This document shows, one piece after another, positions 35,254-44,249 of a stretch of 64,000 nucleotides of DNA. Both the position numbers and the translations under genes were made by a program. This DNA is from Candidatus Saccharimonadia bacterium. Its GTDB lineage: Bacteria > Patescibacteriota > Saccharimonadia > UBA4664. A model generated the notes under the pieces. It saw only the letters and a list, made by a program, of their open reading frames with translations, searched no databases and was not told the DNA's origin. How positions within the stretch are numbered: the first letter of the stretch is position 1; each line of letters begins with the position of its first letter. The DNA lies in contig DATKIP010000012.1 in assembly GCA_035544015.1 (NCBI GenBank), forward strand, positions 182,393-246,392, given 5' to 3'.

Positions 35254-37473
35254 CTACACTTCGTTGATCACCGGCAGCACCATCGGCGACCGTTTGGTCT
35301 TGCTGTAGAGCAAATCGCCAATGTCATCGCGCAATCGCAGCTTAAACTTCGCCCAATCCTCACGGCTCGGATTGCCGCCCACCGCTCGTTTCTCGAAGGC
35401 TTTGCGAATCTCCGTACGAGCCTTGCCGATCAGCTCCTCATTTTCTTTCATGTAAATGAAACCGCGCGAAATAATGTCCGGGCTGCTCACCATCCGGCCA
35501 GTTTTACGACTCACGGTAGCGATAATCATAAACACGCCGTCATTACCCATCGCAATGCGGTCACGCAGCACCACTCCCTCCACGTCGCCGATACCAGCGC
35601 CGTCGATCACTACTACCCCCGCCGGCACGCGAGCGCCCTTCTGCGCCCGGTTGGGTGTAATCTCCAACACGTCGCCATTGTCCATCACAAAGATATTGTC
35701 CGATGCCATACCTTCGTTGAGCGCGATTTCAGCATTGCGCACCATCATATGGAATTCACCGTGAATCGGCATGAAGTACTTCGGCTTCACCATCGCAATC
35801 ATCTCTTTGATCTCATCCTGGTACGCGTGACCACCCACATGCAGCGGCCCCAATCCATCCAGATCGCGGAACACATGGTGCACCACCTTGGCCCCCTCGC
35901 GCATCAAAGCGTCGATCGAGCTCGTCACCGAGCGGTCGTTGCCCGGGATAATACTCGAGCTAAACACCACGGTGTCGCCGGGCTTGATCTTGATGTTTTG
36001 GTGATCGCCCGTGCCCATGCGCGTCAAAGCCGAATTTTCTTCGCCTTGTGAGCCCGTACACATGATCACCACTTTGTTGTCCGGTAAGTTCACTACGTCC
36101 TGCACCCGCACCACAAGGCCTGCCGGGATCTTGAGATAGCCAAGCTTAATCGCCAGCTCCACGTTGGCCAGCATCGAGCGGCCCACGAACGCAATCTTGC
36201 GGCCCACCGCCGCCGTAGCATTAATCACCAGCTGAATACGGTTGATCTGGCTCGAAAAACTCGCCAAAATAATCCGCCCGTCCTGCCGATTAAACACCTC
36301 GTGGAATGTCGGCTCAATCTCGGCCTCGCTCTTCGAGTGGCCCAAATACTCGCACGACGTACTGTCGCTCATGAGCAGCAGCACGCCTTCGGCCCCCAAC
36401 TCCTTGAGCCGCGCAAAGTCGGCCAGCTTACCATCCACCGGCGTCGGGTCAAACCGCCAGTCGCCCGTGTTGATGATCTTGCCCACCGGCGTCGTGATCA
36501 CCACGGCGCAGGCATCCGGAATCGAATGCGTCACACGCACCATTTCGAGCGTAAACGCCCCAATCTGCACCTTCTCGTGCTTATCCGGATCCATCACGCG
36601 CAGCTGCGGCTGCGTCTGCAAATGGTATTCCACCAGCTTCTTCTCCACCATCCCCGCACTAAACCGCGCCGTATAAATCGGCGCCGGCAGCTGCGGCAAA
36701 ATGAACGGAATGCCGCCCATGTGATCCTCATGCGCATGCGTCAGCACGTGTCCGCGAATCTTGTGCTTGTTCTTCACTAGGTAGCTCACATCCGGAATCG
36801 TATAATCTACCCCCGGAAATTTCCCCGGATTGGGGAACATAAAGCCCATATCGATCGTAATAATATCGTTACCAAATTCGATGGCCATCATGTTTTTGCC
36901 CACCTCACCCAAGCCGCCCAGCGGAATCACCTTGAGTTTTTGCTCGTGCGTCACCTGATTGGCCGGCCCGCGGTCGGCTTGAGCAGCCTGCGCACCCCGC
37001 TGCTTGGTTTGCTGCTTGCCGCTAGCACCGTTAAACACGCTCTTGTTCACCGGCATCGTATCGAGCGCCGGCACCAGGTCGGTGTGGTTGGGCACCTGCG
37101 ACTGGCCGCGACGGCGTCCGCCCCGGCCACCGCCACCGCCGCCTCCACCGCCCGAACGTTGGCCACCGCCGCCCGCCGCCGGCTTGCCGCCGCTCGGCTG
37201 TTGCGGCCGCGCCGCAGCAGCGCCACCCGCCGGCTGCACCGAGGCCAGCTGCGCGGCCACGTTCGGCCGCGAAGTCAGCGGCACGCGGGCGGCCGCCGGC
37301 GGCCGAGCGGCCACTGGCCGATCAGCCGACCGCGGCGCTACCGGCGGCAATCCGCCACCCGTCGGCGCCGTGTTCACGGGCCGCCGAGGCGCGTTACCCG
37401 CCACCGGGTTTACCAGCGGCGGCACTGGCCGCTGCGGAGTTTTGTTGTCGTTATTGGTATTATTTGGTTCCAA
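35254..37473 (-). CDS. rnj: Ribonuclease J with ~190-aa N-terminal Pro/Gly/Arg-rich low-complexity extension
   Basis: Metallo-beta-lactamase HxHxDH (HAHEDH), beta-CASP and RNase J C-terminal domains. TTG start with SD GAAAGGA. The N-terminus has a GGGGGGGGRGGRRRG run. Confidence 0.9.
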   Translation of the reverse strand: MEPNNTNNDNKTPQRPVPPLVNPVAGNAPRRPVNTAPTGGGLPPVAPRSADRPVAARPPAAARVPLTSRPNVAAQLASVQPAGGAAAARPQQPSGGKPAAGGGGQRSGGGGGGGGGRGGRRRGQSQVPNHTDLVPALDTMPVNKSVFNGASGKQQTKQRGAQAAQADRGPANQVTHEQKLKVIPLGGLGEVGKNMMAIEFGNDIITIDMGFMFPNPGKFPGVDYTIPDVSYLVKNKHKIRGHVLTHAHEDHMGGIPFILPQLPAPIYTARFSAGMVEKKLVEYHLQTQPQLRVMDPDKHEKVQIGAFTLEMVRVTHSIPDACAVVITTPVGKIINTGDWRFDPTPVDGKLADFARLKELGAEGVLLLMSDSTSCEYLGHSKSEAEIEPTFHEVFNRQDGRIILASFSSQINRIQLVINATAAVGRKIAFVGRSMLANVELAIKLGYLKIPAGLVVRVQDVVNLPDNKVVIMCTGSQGEENSALTRMGTGDHQNIKIKPGDTVVFSSSIIPGNDRSVTSSIDALMREGAKVVHHVFRDLDGLGPLHVGGHAYQDEIKEMIAMVKPKYFMPIHGEFHMMVRNAEIALNEGMASDNIFVMDNGDVLEITPNRAQKGARVPAGVVVIDGAGIGDVEGVVLRDRIAMGNDGVFMIIATVSRKTGRMVSSPDIISRGFIYMKENEELIGKARTEIRKAFEKRAVGGNPSREDWAKFKLRLRDDIGDLLYSKTKRSPMVLPVINEV

Positions 37474-37548
37474 TGAAGGTCCTTTCGTTTTGGCCGCCCT
37501 AGGCTAGCCAAATTGTTATTCAAAATAATTGCAAAAAAATTCCAGCCA

Positions 37549-38127
37549 CTACCCTATCTTCTTCAAAATGGCCGGTATCAAGGCAAAATCCGCCAGGAGC
37601 GTCTCACGCATCGCCGGGTTGTACAGCGCCGCCGCCGGATGAAACAGCGGCAGGTACACCTGCCCACCCTTGCGCACCGGCTTCCCATGCGCCTGACTTA
37701 TCCGCAGCTCGGGCAAAAACACGCTCATCGAGTGCCGTCCCAAAAACACGACCAGCTTCGGCCCGATCACTTCAATTTGACGCTGCAAATAGGGCACAAA
37801 TGCCGCAATCTCTTCCGGCGTCGGGTCCCGATTATCGGGCGGCCGGTACTTCACGATATTGCTGATGTAAATATCCGACCGCTTCAAACCAATCGAGGCT
37901 AGCATCTCGTTCAAGAATTTACCGGCCGCACCCACAAACGGCTCCCCCTGCAAATCCTCATTCTTGCCTGGCGCTTCACCCACAAACATCAGCTCGGCCG
38001 TCGGACTCCCCACCCCAAACACCAACTGCGTTGCCGTTTGCTTCAAATGTGGGGTCACCCCATCCTGCTCAATCGCTTGAGCGATCTGCGCCAGTTGCTC
38101 TGCCTTGTCTGCTTGTTTGTCCTGCAT
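37549..38127 (-). CDS. Uracil-DNA glycosylase, family 4
   Basis: GEAPG motif ([11 protein letters not shown]), HPAAAL. 192 aa. Confidence 0.85.
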   Translation of the reverse strand: MQDKQADKAEQLAQIAQAIEQDGVTPHLKQTATQLVFGVGSPTAELMFVGEAPGKNEDLQGEPFVGAAGKFLNEMLASIGLKRSDIYISNIVKYRPPDNRDPTPEEIAAFVPYLQRQIEVIGPKLVVFLGRHSMSVFLPELRISQAHGKPVRKGGQVYLPLFHPAAALYNPAMRETLLADFALIPAILKKIG

Positions 38128-38196
38128 ACTACCCGTTTATTTTGCTGCGGCCCTCCAGCCTCTCGATGGATTCGAGAGGCCTCGCACCCCAGCAAC

Positions 38197-40320
38197 CTAA
38201 CTGTGCTGGTCGCCTACCGCTTTCATACTCAAATTCAATCGTCCCTGGCCGTCGATCTCGAGCAGCTTCACGCGCACCTTGTCGCCCAATTTTACCACAT
38301 CCGAAACTTTTTCCACGCGCTTGTCGCTCATTTGCGACACGTGCACCAGGCCGTCTTTGCCCGGCAAAACGTTCACGAACGCGCCGAATTCCATAAGCTT
38401 CACCACGGTTCCCTCGTAAATCGTACCCACCTCCGGATCCTCGGTAAGGCCGCGGATGATCGCAATCGCCCGCTCAGCGCCGTCAGCGTCGGTGGAGGCA
38501 ATCATTACGAGCCCCGAATCCTCGATGTCGATCTCCACCCCGGTCTCGGCAATAATCCGGTTAATCGTCTCACCACCCTTGCCAATCACATCCTTGATCT
38601 TCTCGGGATTAATCATCAGCTTCGAAATCCGCGGCGCGTACTCGCTCATTTCCCCGCGCGGGGCATCGAGCACTTCCATCATGCGGGTCATGATGTGCTC
38701 ACGTCCAGTTTTGGCTTGAGCAAGTGCTTTACTCATAATTTCCGGGGTAATCCCCTTCACCTTGATGTCCATCTGCAGCGCCGTAATGCCGTCTTTGGTA
38801 CCCGCCACCTTGAAGTCCATGTCGCCGGCAAAATCCTCGGCACCCTGAATATCGCTCAAAATCACGTATTTCCCGGCTTTCTCGTGATCCGTCACGAGCC
38901 CCATCGCAATACCCGCCACCGGCTTGCGAATCGGCACACCCGCGTCCATGAGGCTCAGCGTCGAGCCGCACACGCTCGCCATCGAGCTCGAGCCGTTCTG
39001 GCTAATTACCTCGCTCACCGTGCGAATCGTGTATGGAAAATCCTCCACGGTCGGAATCACCGGCAGCAACGCTCGCTCCGCCAGCGCCCCGTGGCCAATC
39101 TCGCGGCGGCCCGGCGAGCGCATCGGCTTCACCTCGCCACCCGAGTAACCCGGCGCATTGTAGTGGTGCATGTAGCGCTTGGTGGTGTCTTCTTCCATCG
39201 TGTCGATGAGCTGCGCGTAGCTCGTGCTCGCCAGCGTCGTCACGTTGAGCACCTGCGTGCTCCCGCGCGTAAACAACGCCGAACCATGCGTGCGCGGTAG
39301 CAAGCCAACCTGGCTCGAAATCGGTCGCACTTCGGTGGTCTTGCGCCCATCGGGTCGCTCGCCGTCTTCCAAAATCGCCCGGCGAATTTCGTAATCCATC
39401 ACCTTCCGGAATGCCACCTCAATATCACTGTGCTCATAGTTTTCGCCAAATTGCGTCACTGTCTCACCTTCCAGGTTGCGCAGAGCATCATGCCGCGCAT
39501 AGTGATCCTGGTGCCGCACCGCCGGCCCCAATTTGCCGTCCAAAAAGTGCTTGATCGACGCCACCAACTCCTCGTTGGCCAGCACGAGCTCATACGGCTT
39601 TTCCTTCGCCCCCAGCTCTTTGGCGATCTTCTCCTGCAGCTCAATCAGCGGCTGAATGCTTTTGTGCGCCAGCTCGATCGCCGCAATCATCGTCGCCTCA
39701 TCCACCTCATTGGCACCCGCTTCCACCATCATGATGGCGTCTTTGGTACCAGCCACAGTCAAATCAAGCTTCGACTCGGCCATCTGCGATTCGCTCGGGA
39801 ATACCACCAGCTCATCATCCACCAAACCAATCCGCACGCCTGCCACCGGCCCCTCAAATGGCGCACCGCTCAGGCTCAGCGCCATCGACACCGCCGTCAT
39901 CGCGATAATGTTGGGCGCAAATTCCAGGTCCGCGCTCACCACCATCGCCACCGACTGCACATCGTGCCGATAGCCCTTGGGAAACAGCGGCCGAATCGGC
40001 CGGTCGATCAACCGCGCACTCAGCGTAGCGCGCTCGCTCGCCCGCCCCTCGCGCTTAATAAATCGGCTGCCCGAAATCTTACCCGCAGCATAAAACCGCT
40101 CTTCGTAATCAATCAGCAGCGGGAAAAAATCCACGCCATCGCGCGGCGTATTGCTCACCACAGCCGTACCAAACACCACCGTATCGCCATAGCGCACGGT
40201 CACGGCACCATCGGCCAAAAAGCCCATTTTACCGGTCTCAATCGTCAGTTCCCGGCCGGCAAACTCAGTCTTAAACGACCGGGCTTTACCCCCGAACGGG
40301 TGAATAATCTCTTGTTTCAT
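38197..40320 (-). CDS. pnp: Polynucleotide phosphorylase
   Basis: Two RNase PH domains, KH and S1 domains. ATG 40320 with SD AAGGA. Confidence 0.95.
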   Translation of the reverse strand: MKQEIIHPFGGKARSFKTEFAGRELTIETGKMGFLADGAVTVRYGDTVVFGTAVVSNTPRDGVDFFPLLIDYEERFYAAGKISGSRFIKREGRASERATLSARLIDRPIRPLFPKGYRHDVQSVAMVVSADLEFAPNIIAMTAVSMALSLSGAPFEGPVAGVRIGLVDDELVVFPSESQMAESKLDLTVAGTKDAIMMVEAGANEVDEATMIAAIELAHKSIQPLIELQEKIAKELGAKEKPYELVLANEELVASIKHFLDGKLGPAVRHQDHYARHDALRNLEGETVTQFGENYEHSDIEVAFRKVMDYEIRRAILEDGERPDGRKTTEVRPISSQVGLLPRTHGSALFTRGSTQVLNVTTLASTSYAQLIDTMEEDTTKRYMHHYNAPGYSGGEVKPMRSPGRREIGHGALAERALLPVIPTVEDFPYTIRTVSEVISQNGSSSMASVCGSTLSLMDAGVPIRKPVAGIAMGLVTDHEKAGKYVILSDIQGAEDFAGDMDFKVAGTKDGITALQMDIKVKGITPEIMSKALAQAKTGREHIMTRMMEVLDAPRGEMSEYAPRISKLMINPEKIKDVIGKGGETINRIIAETGVEIDIEDSGLVMIASTDADGAERAIAIIRGLTEDPEVGTIYEGTVVKLMEFGAFVNVLPGKDGLVHVSQMSDKRVEKVSDVVKLGDKVRVKLLEIDGQGRLNLSMKAVGDQHS

Positions 40321-40476
40321 GTAGTTCCTTAACGGCTTGCGCATACGTGCCAGGGACAAGGGATCAACCGCATAAGGTAGATTCATCCCAAAGCTCTAAC
40401 ACATACTCACGGACGCGCACGCGTTAATTGGTAGCGTAGCCTGGAGGTATGTGCGGACATTGTACCATACCGCGTG

Positions 40477-40743
40477 TTAGCGGCGCAGATCGAGCTTCTT
40501 GAGCACATCCCGGTAGCGCGACGGATCACGCTTGTTGAGATAATCAAGCAACCGGCGGCGCTTGCTCACCATCTTGAGCAGACCACGGCGGGAGTGCTCA
40601 TCTTTTTTGTGCAATTGGAGATGCTTTGTAAGCTCTTTGATCTGCTCGGTAAAAATACCCACCTGAACCTCCGGCGAGCCGGTGTCCTTCTTGTGGGTCT
40701 GTAGACCTGTAATAACCTTGGTTTTCGATTCAGGTTTTAACAT
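40477..40743 (-). CDS. rpsO: 30S ribosomal protein S15
   Basis: …[37 protein letters not shown]… 88 aa. Confidence 0.92.
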   Translation of the reverse strand: MLKPESKTKVITGLQTHKKDTGSPEVQVGIFTEQIKELTKHLQLHKKDEHSRRGLLKMVSKRRRLLDYLNKRDPSRYRDVLKKLDLRR

Positions 40744-40982
40744 AACGCAATCGATATTAGCACTTTTTACCTATCTAATCAAGTACCCGTGCCAACGACA
40801 CTATCAAAAGGCCTACGCGTAGCGATTTCTCAGCCTACCGTACGGCCAGCTCTGGCCACAACCCATCGAGACCGAACCTAAACTCTGAAGACCGCGGTAT
40901 TCAGAACTTGGGTCGGTCCCGCCCGACCAGCGCGCCTTGTGAGCGCGGGGGTCGGACGGGTTATGACCGGTAGTACAGCTGG

Positions 40983-41213
40983 CTAGGCGGCCGAAGAAGC
41001 GGCGAGTGGCGGTGGCTTGGGGGTCCACGCAGCGTCGAGCGGCGGCGGTCCGAGGACCTTGCCACTCGGCAGAATCTCACCATTATCCGCGAAGGTCACG
41101 ACGCCGTTGCAACGAGTAGCCCATCCCTGATCACCCATGTGATCCGAGACAACGACCGCTTGGTCGCGGTTGGGGGCCTCTGCCGGCGGGCAGGTGGGGT
41201 TGTGTTGGCACAT
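40983..41213 (-). CDS. Small Cys-containing hypothetical protein (77 aa), inserted between truB and rpsO
   Basis: ATG 41213 with SD GGAGAAAAGAGG. MCQHNPTCPPAEAPNRDQ… An alternative longer in-frame start at 41315 is possible. Pro-rich C-terminus. Confidence 0.4.
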   Translation of the reverse strand: MCQHNPTCPPAEAPNRDQAVVVSDHMGDQGWATRCNGVVTFADNGEILPSGKVLGPPPLDAAWTPKPPPLAASSAA

Positions 41214-41545
41214 TTCGTACCTCTTTTCTCCAGGACGAATCCCGGAACCGGCGGACGGAACGAACCCTGCGGGGCCGCAGACGCTCGTTTGGCGCTGTGC
41301 TGTATACACGATCAAGTGAAAGATCTTGGGGGCGGCCGCACGTACAGGGCAGAATGTCTCGTGCGGAGGCGGTCGTCTCCTGGCTGACCTGCGTTACCGC
41401 AGAGCAATCAGCAAACGATCATTACTACATGTTACCACGTTTATATTTTTTTGTCAACCATTTCTGTCACAACATTCAATAAACCACCTTGGATTCTACT
41501 CCATATGTAGAAATATTTACATAGACCTCCTTTTTGCGTTCGGAA

Positions 41546-42232
41546 CTAAACGTTTTTCAGATACAAACGAACGTTTTTCGCTTCCACCAAGGCCAAATCC
41601 TGCGCCTCGGTCAAGCGATACTCCCCCACCTCGGTCCGCACCAGGCCCGAAAGATACGCCCCCGTCTCGAGCAGCGCGCCCAAATCCTCCGCCAACGTCC
41701 GAATATAGGTGCCGCTCGACACTTTGGCCTCCAGCTCCACGACCGGATAATCATACCGAGTCAGCACATTCTCATACACCGTCACCTGCCGGCTCGGCAT
41801 CACCACGGTCTCGCCGGCCCGCGCTCGCTTGTACGCCTCCTTGCCCCCAATCTTGATCGCCGAATACACCGGCGGCGTCTGCGTGATCATCCCGGTCAAC
41901 TGGGCGATCGCCGTCGCCACCGCGGCCCGATCAGGTACCGCCGCACTCACGAGCGTCTTCTCGCCTTCGCCATCGCCGGTGCTGCTAGTAGCACCCAGGG
42001 TTATTTGCGCCACGTAGCGCTTATCGAGCTTTGTCAGCACCTCAGCCCGCTTGCACGCCGCGCCAAACAACATCAGCATCATGCCGGTCGCCAACGGGTC
42101 AAGCGTGCCCGCATGACCGATCTTGCGCACCCCCGTTTGCCGCCGCAGCCGCCGAATAACATCAAATGAAGACAAGCCAACCGGCTTGTCGATTAAAAGC
42201 AGCCCATTAATTTCCGGGGTCGAGGCTTCCAA
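41546..42232 (-). CDS. truB: tRNA pseudouridine(55) synthase TruB
   Basis: …GLLLIDKPVGLSSFDVIRRLRR…GHAGTLDPLATGMMLML… Catalytic Asp context. Confidence 0.9.
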   Translation of the reverse strand: MEASTPEINGLLLIDKPVGLSSFDVIRRLRRQTGVRKIGHAGTLDPLATGMMLMLFGAACKRAEVLTKLDKRYVAQITLGATSSTGDGEGEKTLVSAAVPDRAAVATAIAQLTGMITQTPPVYSAIKIGGKEAYKRARAGETVVMPSRQVTVYENVLTRYDYPVVELEAKVSSGTYIRTLAEDLGALLETGAYLSGLVRTEVGEYRLTEAQDLALVEAKNVRLYLKNV

Positions 42233-42237
42233 AGCCG

Positions 42238-43581
42238 CTACGAAACCCCTTGTCCGGCCCGCGGCTCAGTCGCCGGTTGATCCACATTAAACATCTCGGC
42301 CGCCGCAGCAAAATCAGCCGCCGGCATACCCTGCGGACGCTCAACGACTACAGGCGCCGGAGCGGCAGCGGCTACGGGCGTGGCTTCGCGCACCAACTCA
42401 AGCTGCGCCTCGTGCACGGGCGCCGGAGCCGACTCCGGCTCGCTCAGTTCAATGTGACTCGGCTGAATAATCGGCAGGTCCGGCGCAGCCGTTGGTTGTT
42501 CGTAGGTCGGCGGCGTACTCACCGGCGCGGGAGTCGTGGCCACCGTCGTCGATGCCTGAGTTGCCGCGGCTGCCGGAGCTGATTCCGCCACAGCCGGCCG
42601 CACGGCGGCGGGCTGGCTCGGCGCCGCCGCACGCTCAACCGTGCGCTCGCGTTCGGGCGCACGCTCACTGCTCCGCTCGGGCGCACGCTCACTCCGCTCA
42701 GCAGGGCGCTCCGCGGTACGCTCGGGCCGATTGCGATCACCACTGCGCTCGCCGCGGTCCTGATTACCACCTCGGTCCTGACCCCCAGACCGCTCACCCC
42801 GATCCTGGCCGCCCCGCGATTCAGACTTACCGTCGCGATACAGCGCCCGCACCACCGCCTGTTGGCGAGCACCCGCTGCCATCATTTGCGCCGCCACCGT
42901 CAAGCTCTTCGGGCTCGTATGCGAAGCCGTAAAACGATCAGTCGAAGCCACAATCCCCATCAGCAGCGCCGTCGCAATTTCGGCGTCAATAATACCGCTC
43001 TGCAAACTTTCACTCAGCGCCACCAACATTTCGCACAAACTCGAAGCATTCGGCTCGATCAAGTTAACCGCTGCGTAGTTTTCATTGGAACGATGGAAGT
43101 CGAGGTTAACCATCGGAATCGTTTCAAACGACGCCAAATTCTGCTCGTAAATCCGGTCAATCCGCGCCCGCGTCGGCACGCCCAGCACAATCGCCAGATC
43201 GTAGTGAAACGCCCCATAGCCAAACGTCACATCGCTCGGCGCAAAACTACCCCGAGACGGCGTCAAATGAATATTGAGCTTGTTCTCAGCCACTTCGTAG
43301 CGCAGCTGATCAACCTCAGCCTTCGAAACGTCCACTTTCAGCAAGAAATCGCGCGACCCACCCAAGCCGCGTTCCACCGTGCCCATCTCAAGCGCCGCCA
43401 CCGAAGCCGGAGGGTTATCACTAATGATTGGCGTCACCGTCTTACCAAATTTGCGCAAAATCGCCGCCAACGCCAAAACCGCCGTCGCCTGGTCAACCGA
43501 CGGGTGCTGGCCGGTCAAGATCAAAATGGTCTCAGCCTGGCGAATTGCTTCGGACGTCTGTTGTTTGGGAGTTAAGTCCAT
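42238..43581 (-). CDS. DHH-DHHA1 phosphoesterase (NrnA-like) with long C-terminal low-complexity, tandemly repetitive tail
   Basis: DHH motifs in the N-terminal 300 aa. The C-terminal ~200 aa carries GGQDRGERSG / ERAPERSSERAPER repeats and Ala/Pro-rich sequence. Confidence 0.75.
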   Translation of the reverse strand: MDLTPKQQTSEAIRQAETILILTGQHPSVDQATAVLALAAILRKFGKTVTPIISDNPPASVAALEMGTVERGLGGSRDFLLKVDVSKAEVDQLRYEVAENKLNIHLTPSRGSFAPSDVTFGYGAFHYDLAIVLGVPTRARIDRIYEQNLASFETIPMVNLDFHRSNENYAAVNLIEPNASSLCEMLVALSESLQSGIIDAEIATALLMGIVASTDRFTASHTSPKSLTVAAQMMAAGARQQAVVRALYRDGKSESRGGQDRGERSGGQDRGGNQDRGERSGDRNRPERTAERPAERSERAPERSSERAPERERTVERAAAPSQPAAVRPAVAESAPAAAATQASTTVATTPAPVSTPPTYEQPTAAPDLPIIQPSHIELSEPESAPAPVHEAQLELVREATPVAAAAPAPVVVERPQGMPAADFAAAAEMFNVDQPATEPRAGQGVS

Positions 43582-43589
43582 AGGTTGCT

Positions 43590-43618
43590 AATCTACCTCA
43601 TTTGAGGCTATTTGTCAA
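43590..43618 (-). promoter_or_regulatory. Promoter TTGACA-N17-TAGATT ending 9 nt upstream of the nrnA-like ATG (leaderless-type)
   Basis: Minus-strand read TTGACAaatagcctcaaatgaggTAGATTagcaacctATG. Confidence 0.45.
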
Positions 43619-43657
43619 TAGTTTTGCTTATGCTTCGGCTGCACGGGAAGCCATATC

Positions 43658-43686
43658 TTTACAAGTAAGCCAAAATCGGGTATATT
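43658..43686 (+). promoter_or_regulatory. rpsT promoter TTTACA-N17-TATATT
   Basis: ctTTTACAagtaagccaaaatcgggTATATTctc. ~19-nt leader with AGGAAC before ATG 43712. Confidence 0.6.
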
Positions 43687-43711
43687 CTCTTGGTACTTTA
43701 GGAACTCCTTC

Positions 43712-44149
43712 ATGCCTATCATCAAATCCGCCATCAAGCGGGCTAAACAAGCCCTCGTTCGCCGCAGCCGCAACCTGCAAGTTAAGCGTGCCGTCAAACA
43801 AGACATTTCGGCTCTTCAGGCAGCGCTCGGTGGTGGCGACACCAAACTCATCGAGACCAGCCTGGCTGCCGCCTACTCCGAAATTGACCGTGCCGTCAAA
43901 AAGCACACCATCCACAAAAACACTGCCGCCCGCCGCAAAAGCTCGCTAGCCCACGCCGTTGCCCAAGCCAGCGGTGCCGAAAAAGCCCCTGTCGAGGCCA
44001 AAACCACCAAGGGAGCCGGCAAAAAAGCCGCCACCGCCAAAACTGCGGCCAAGAAGGCTCCAGCCACCAAAACCGCTGCCGCCAAGCCCGCCGCTGCCAA
44101 AAAGCCCGTTGCGAAAAAACCAGCTGCGAAAAAGACCACCGAAAAATAA
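43712..44149 (+). CDS. rpsT: 30S ribosomal protein S20 with ~60-aa Lys/Ala/Pro-rich histone-H1-like C-terminal extension
   Basis: MPIIKSAIKRAKQALVRRSRN… S20 core (~86 aa), followed by AKKAPATKTAAAKPAAAKKPVAKKPAAKK. Confidence 0.85.
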   Translation: MPIIKSAIKRAKQALVRRSRNLQVKRAVKQDISALQAALGGGDTKLIETSLAAAYSEIDRAVKKHTIHKNTAARRKSSLAHAVAQASGAEKAPVEAKTTKGAGKKAATAKTAAKKAPATKTAAAKPAAAKKPVAKKPAAKKTTEK

Positions 44150-44167
44150 TCTCGACTTCTTCAAAAA

Positions 44168-44192
44168 CCAGGGCCTTCGGGCCCTTTTTTGT
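44168..44192 (+). terminator. Rho-independent terminator (agggcc-ttcg-ggccct plus T6)
   Basis: ccagggccttcgggcccttttttgttg, directly after the rpsT stop. Confidence 0.85.
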
Positions 44193-44249
44193 TGTCTGAT
44201 GCCCAGATCGACAAGGGCTTGGCGTAAACCCAAAGTAGCGCTATAGTAC

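Noticed and set aside
40813-41028. 71-aa ORF overlapping the stop region of the Cys-peptide gene
   Set aside because: It has no SD and a biased, Arg/Gly-rich translation. It overlaps the proposed rpsO leader and is more likely non-coding.
41139-41387. Plus-strand 82-aa ORF antisense to the Cys-peptide gene/leader
   Set aside because: Antisense to a better-signalled gene. Arg-rich shadow frame.
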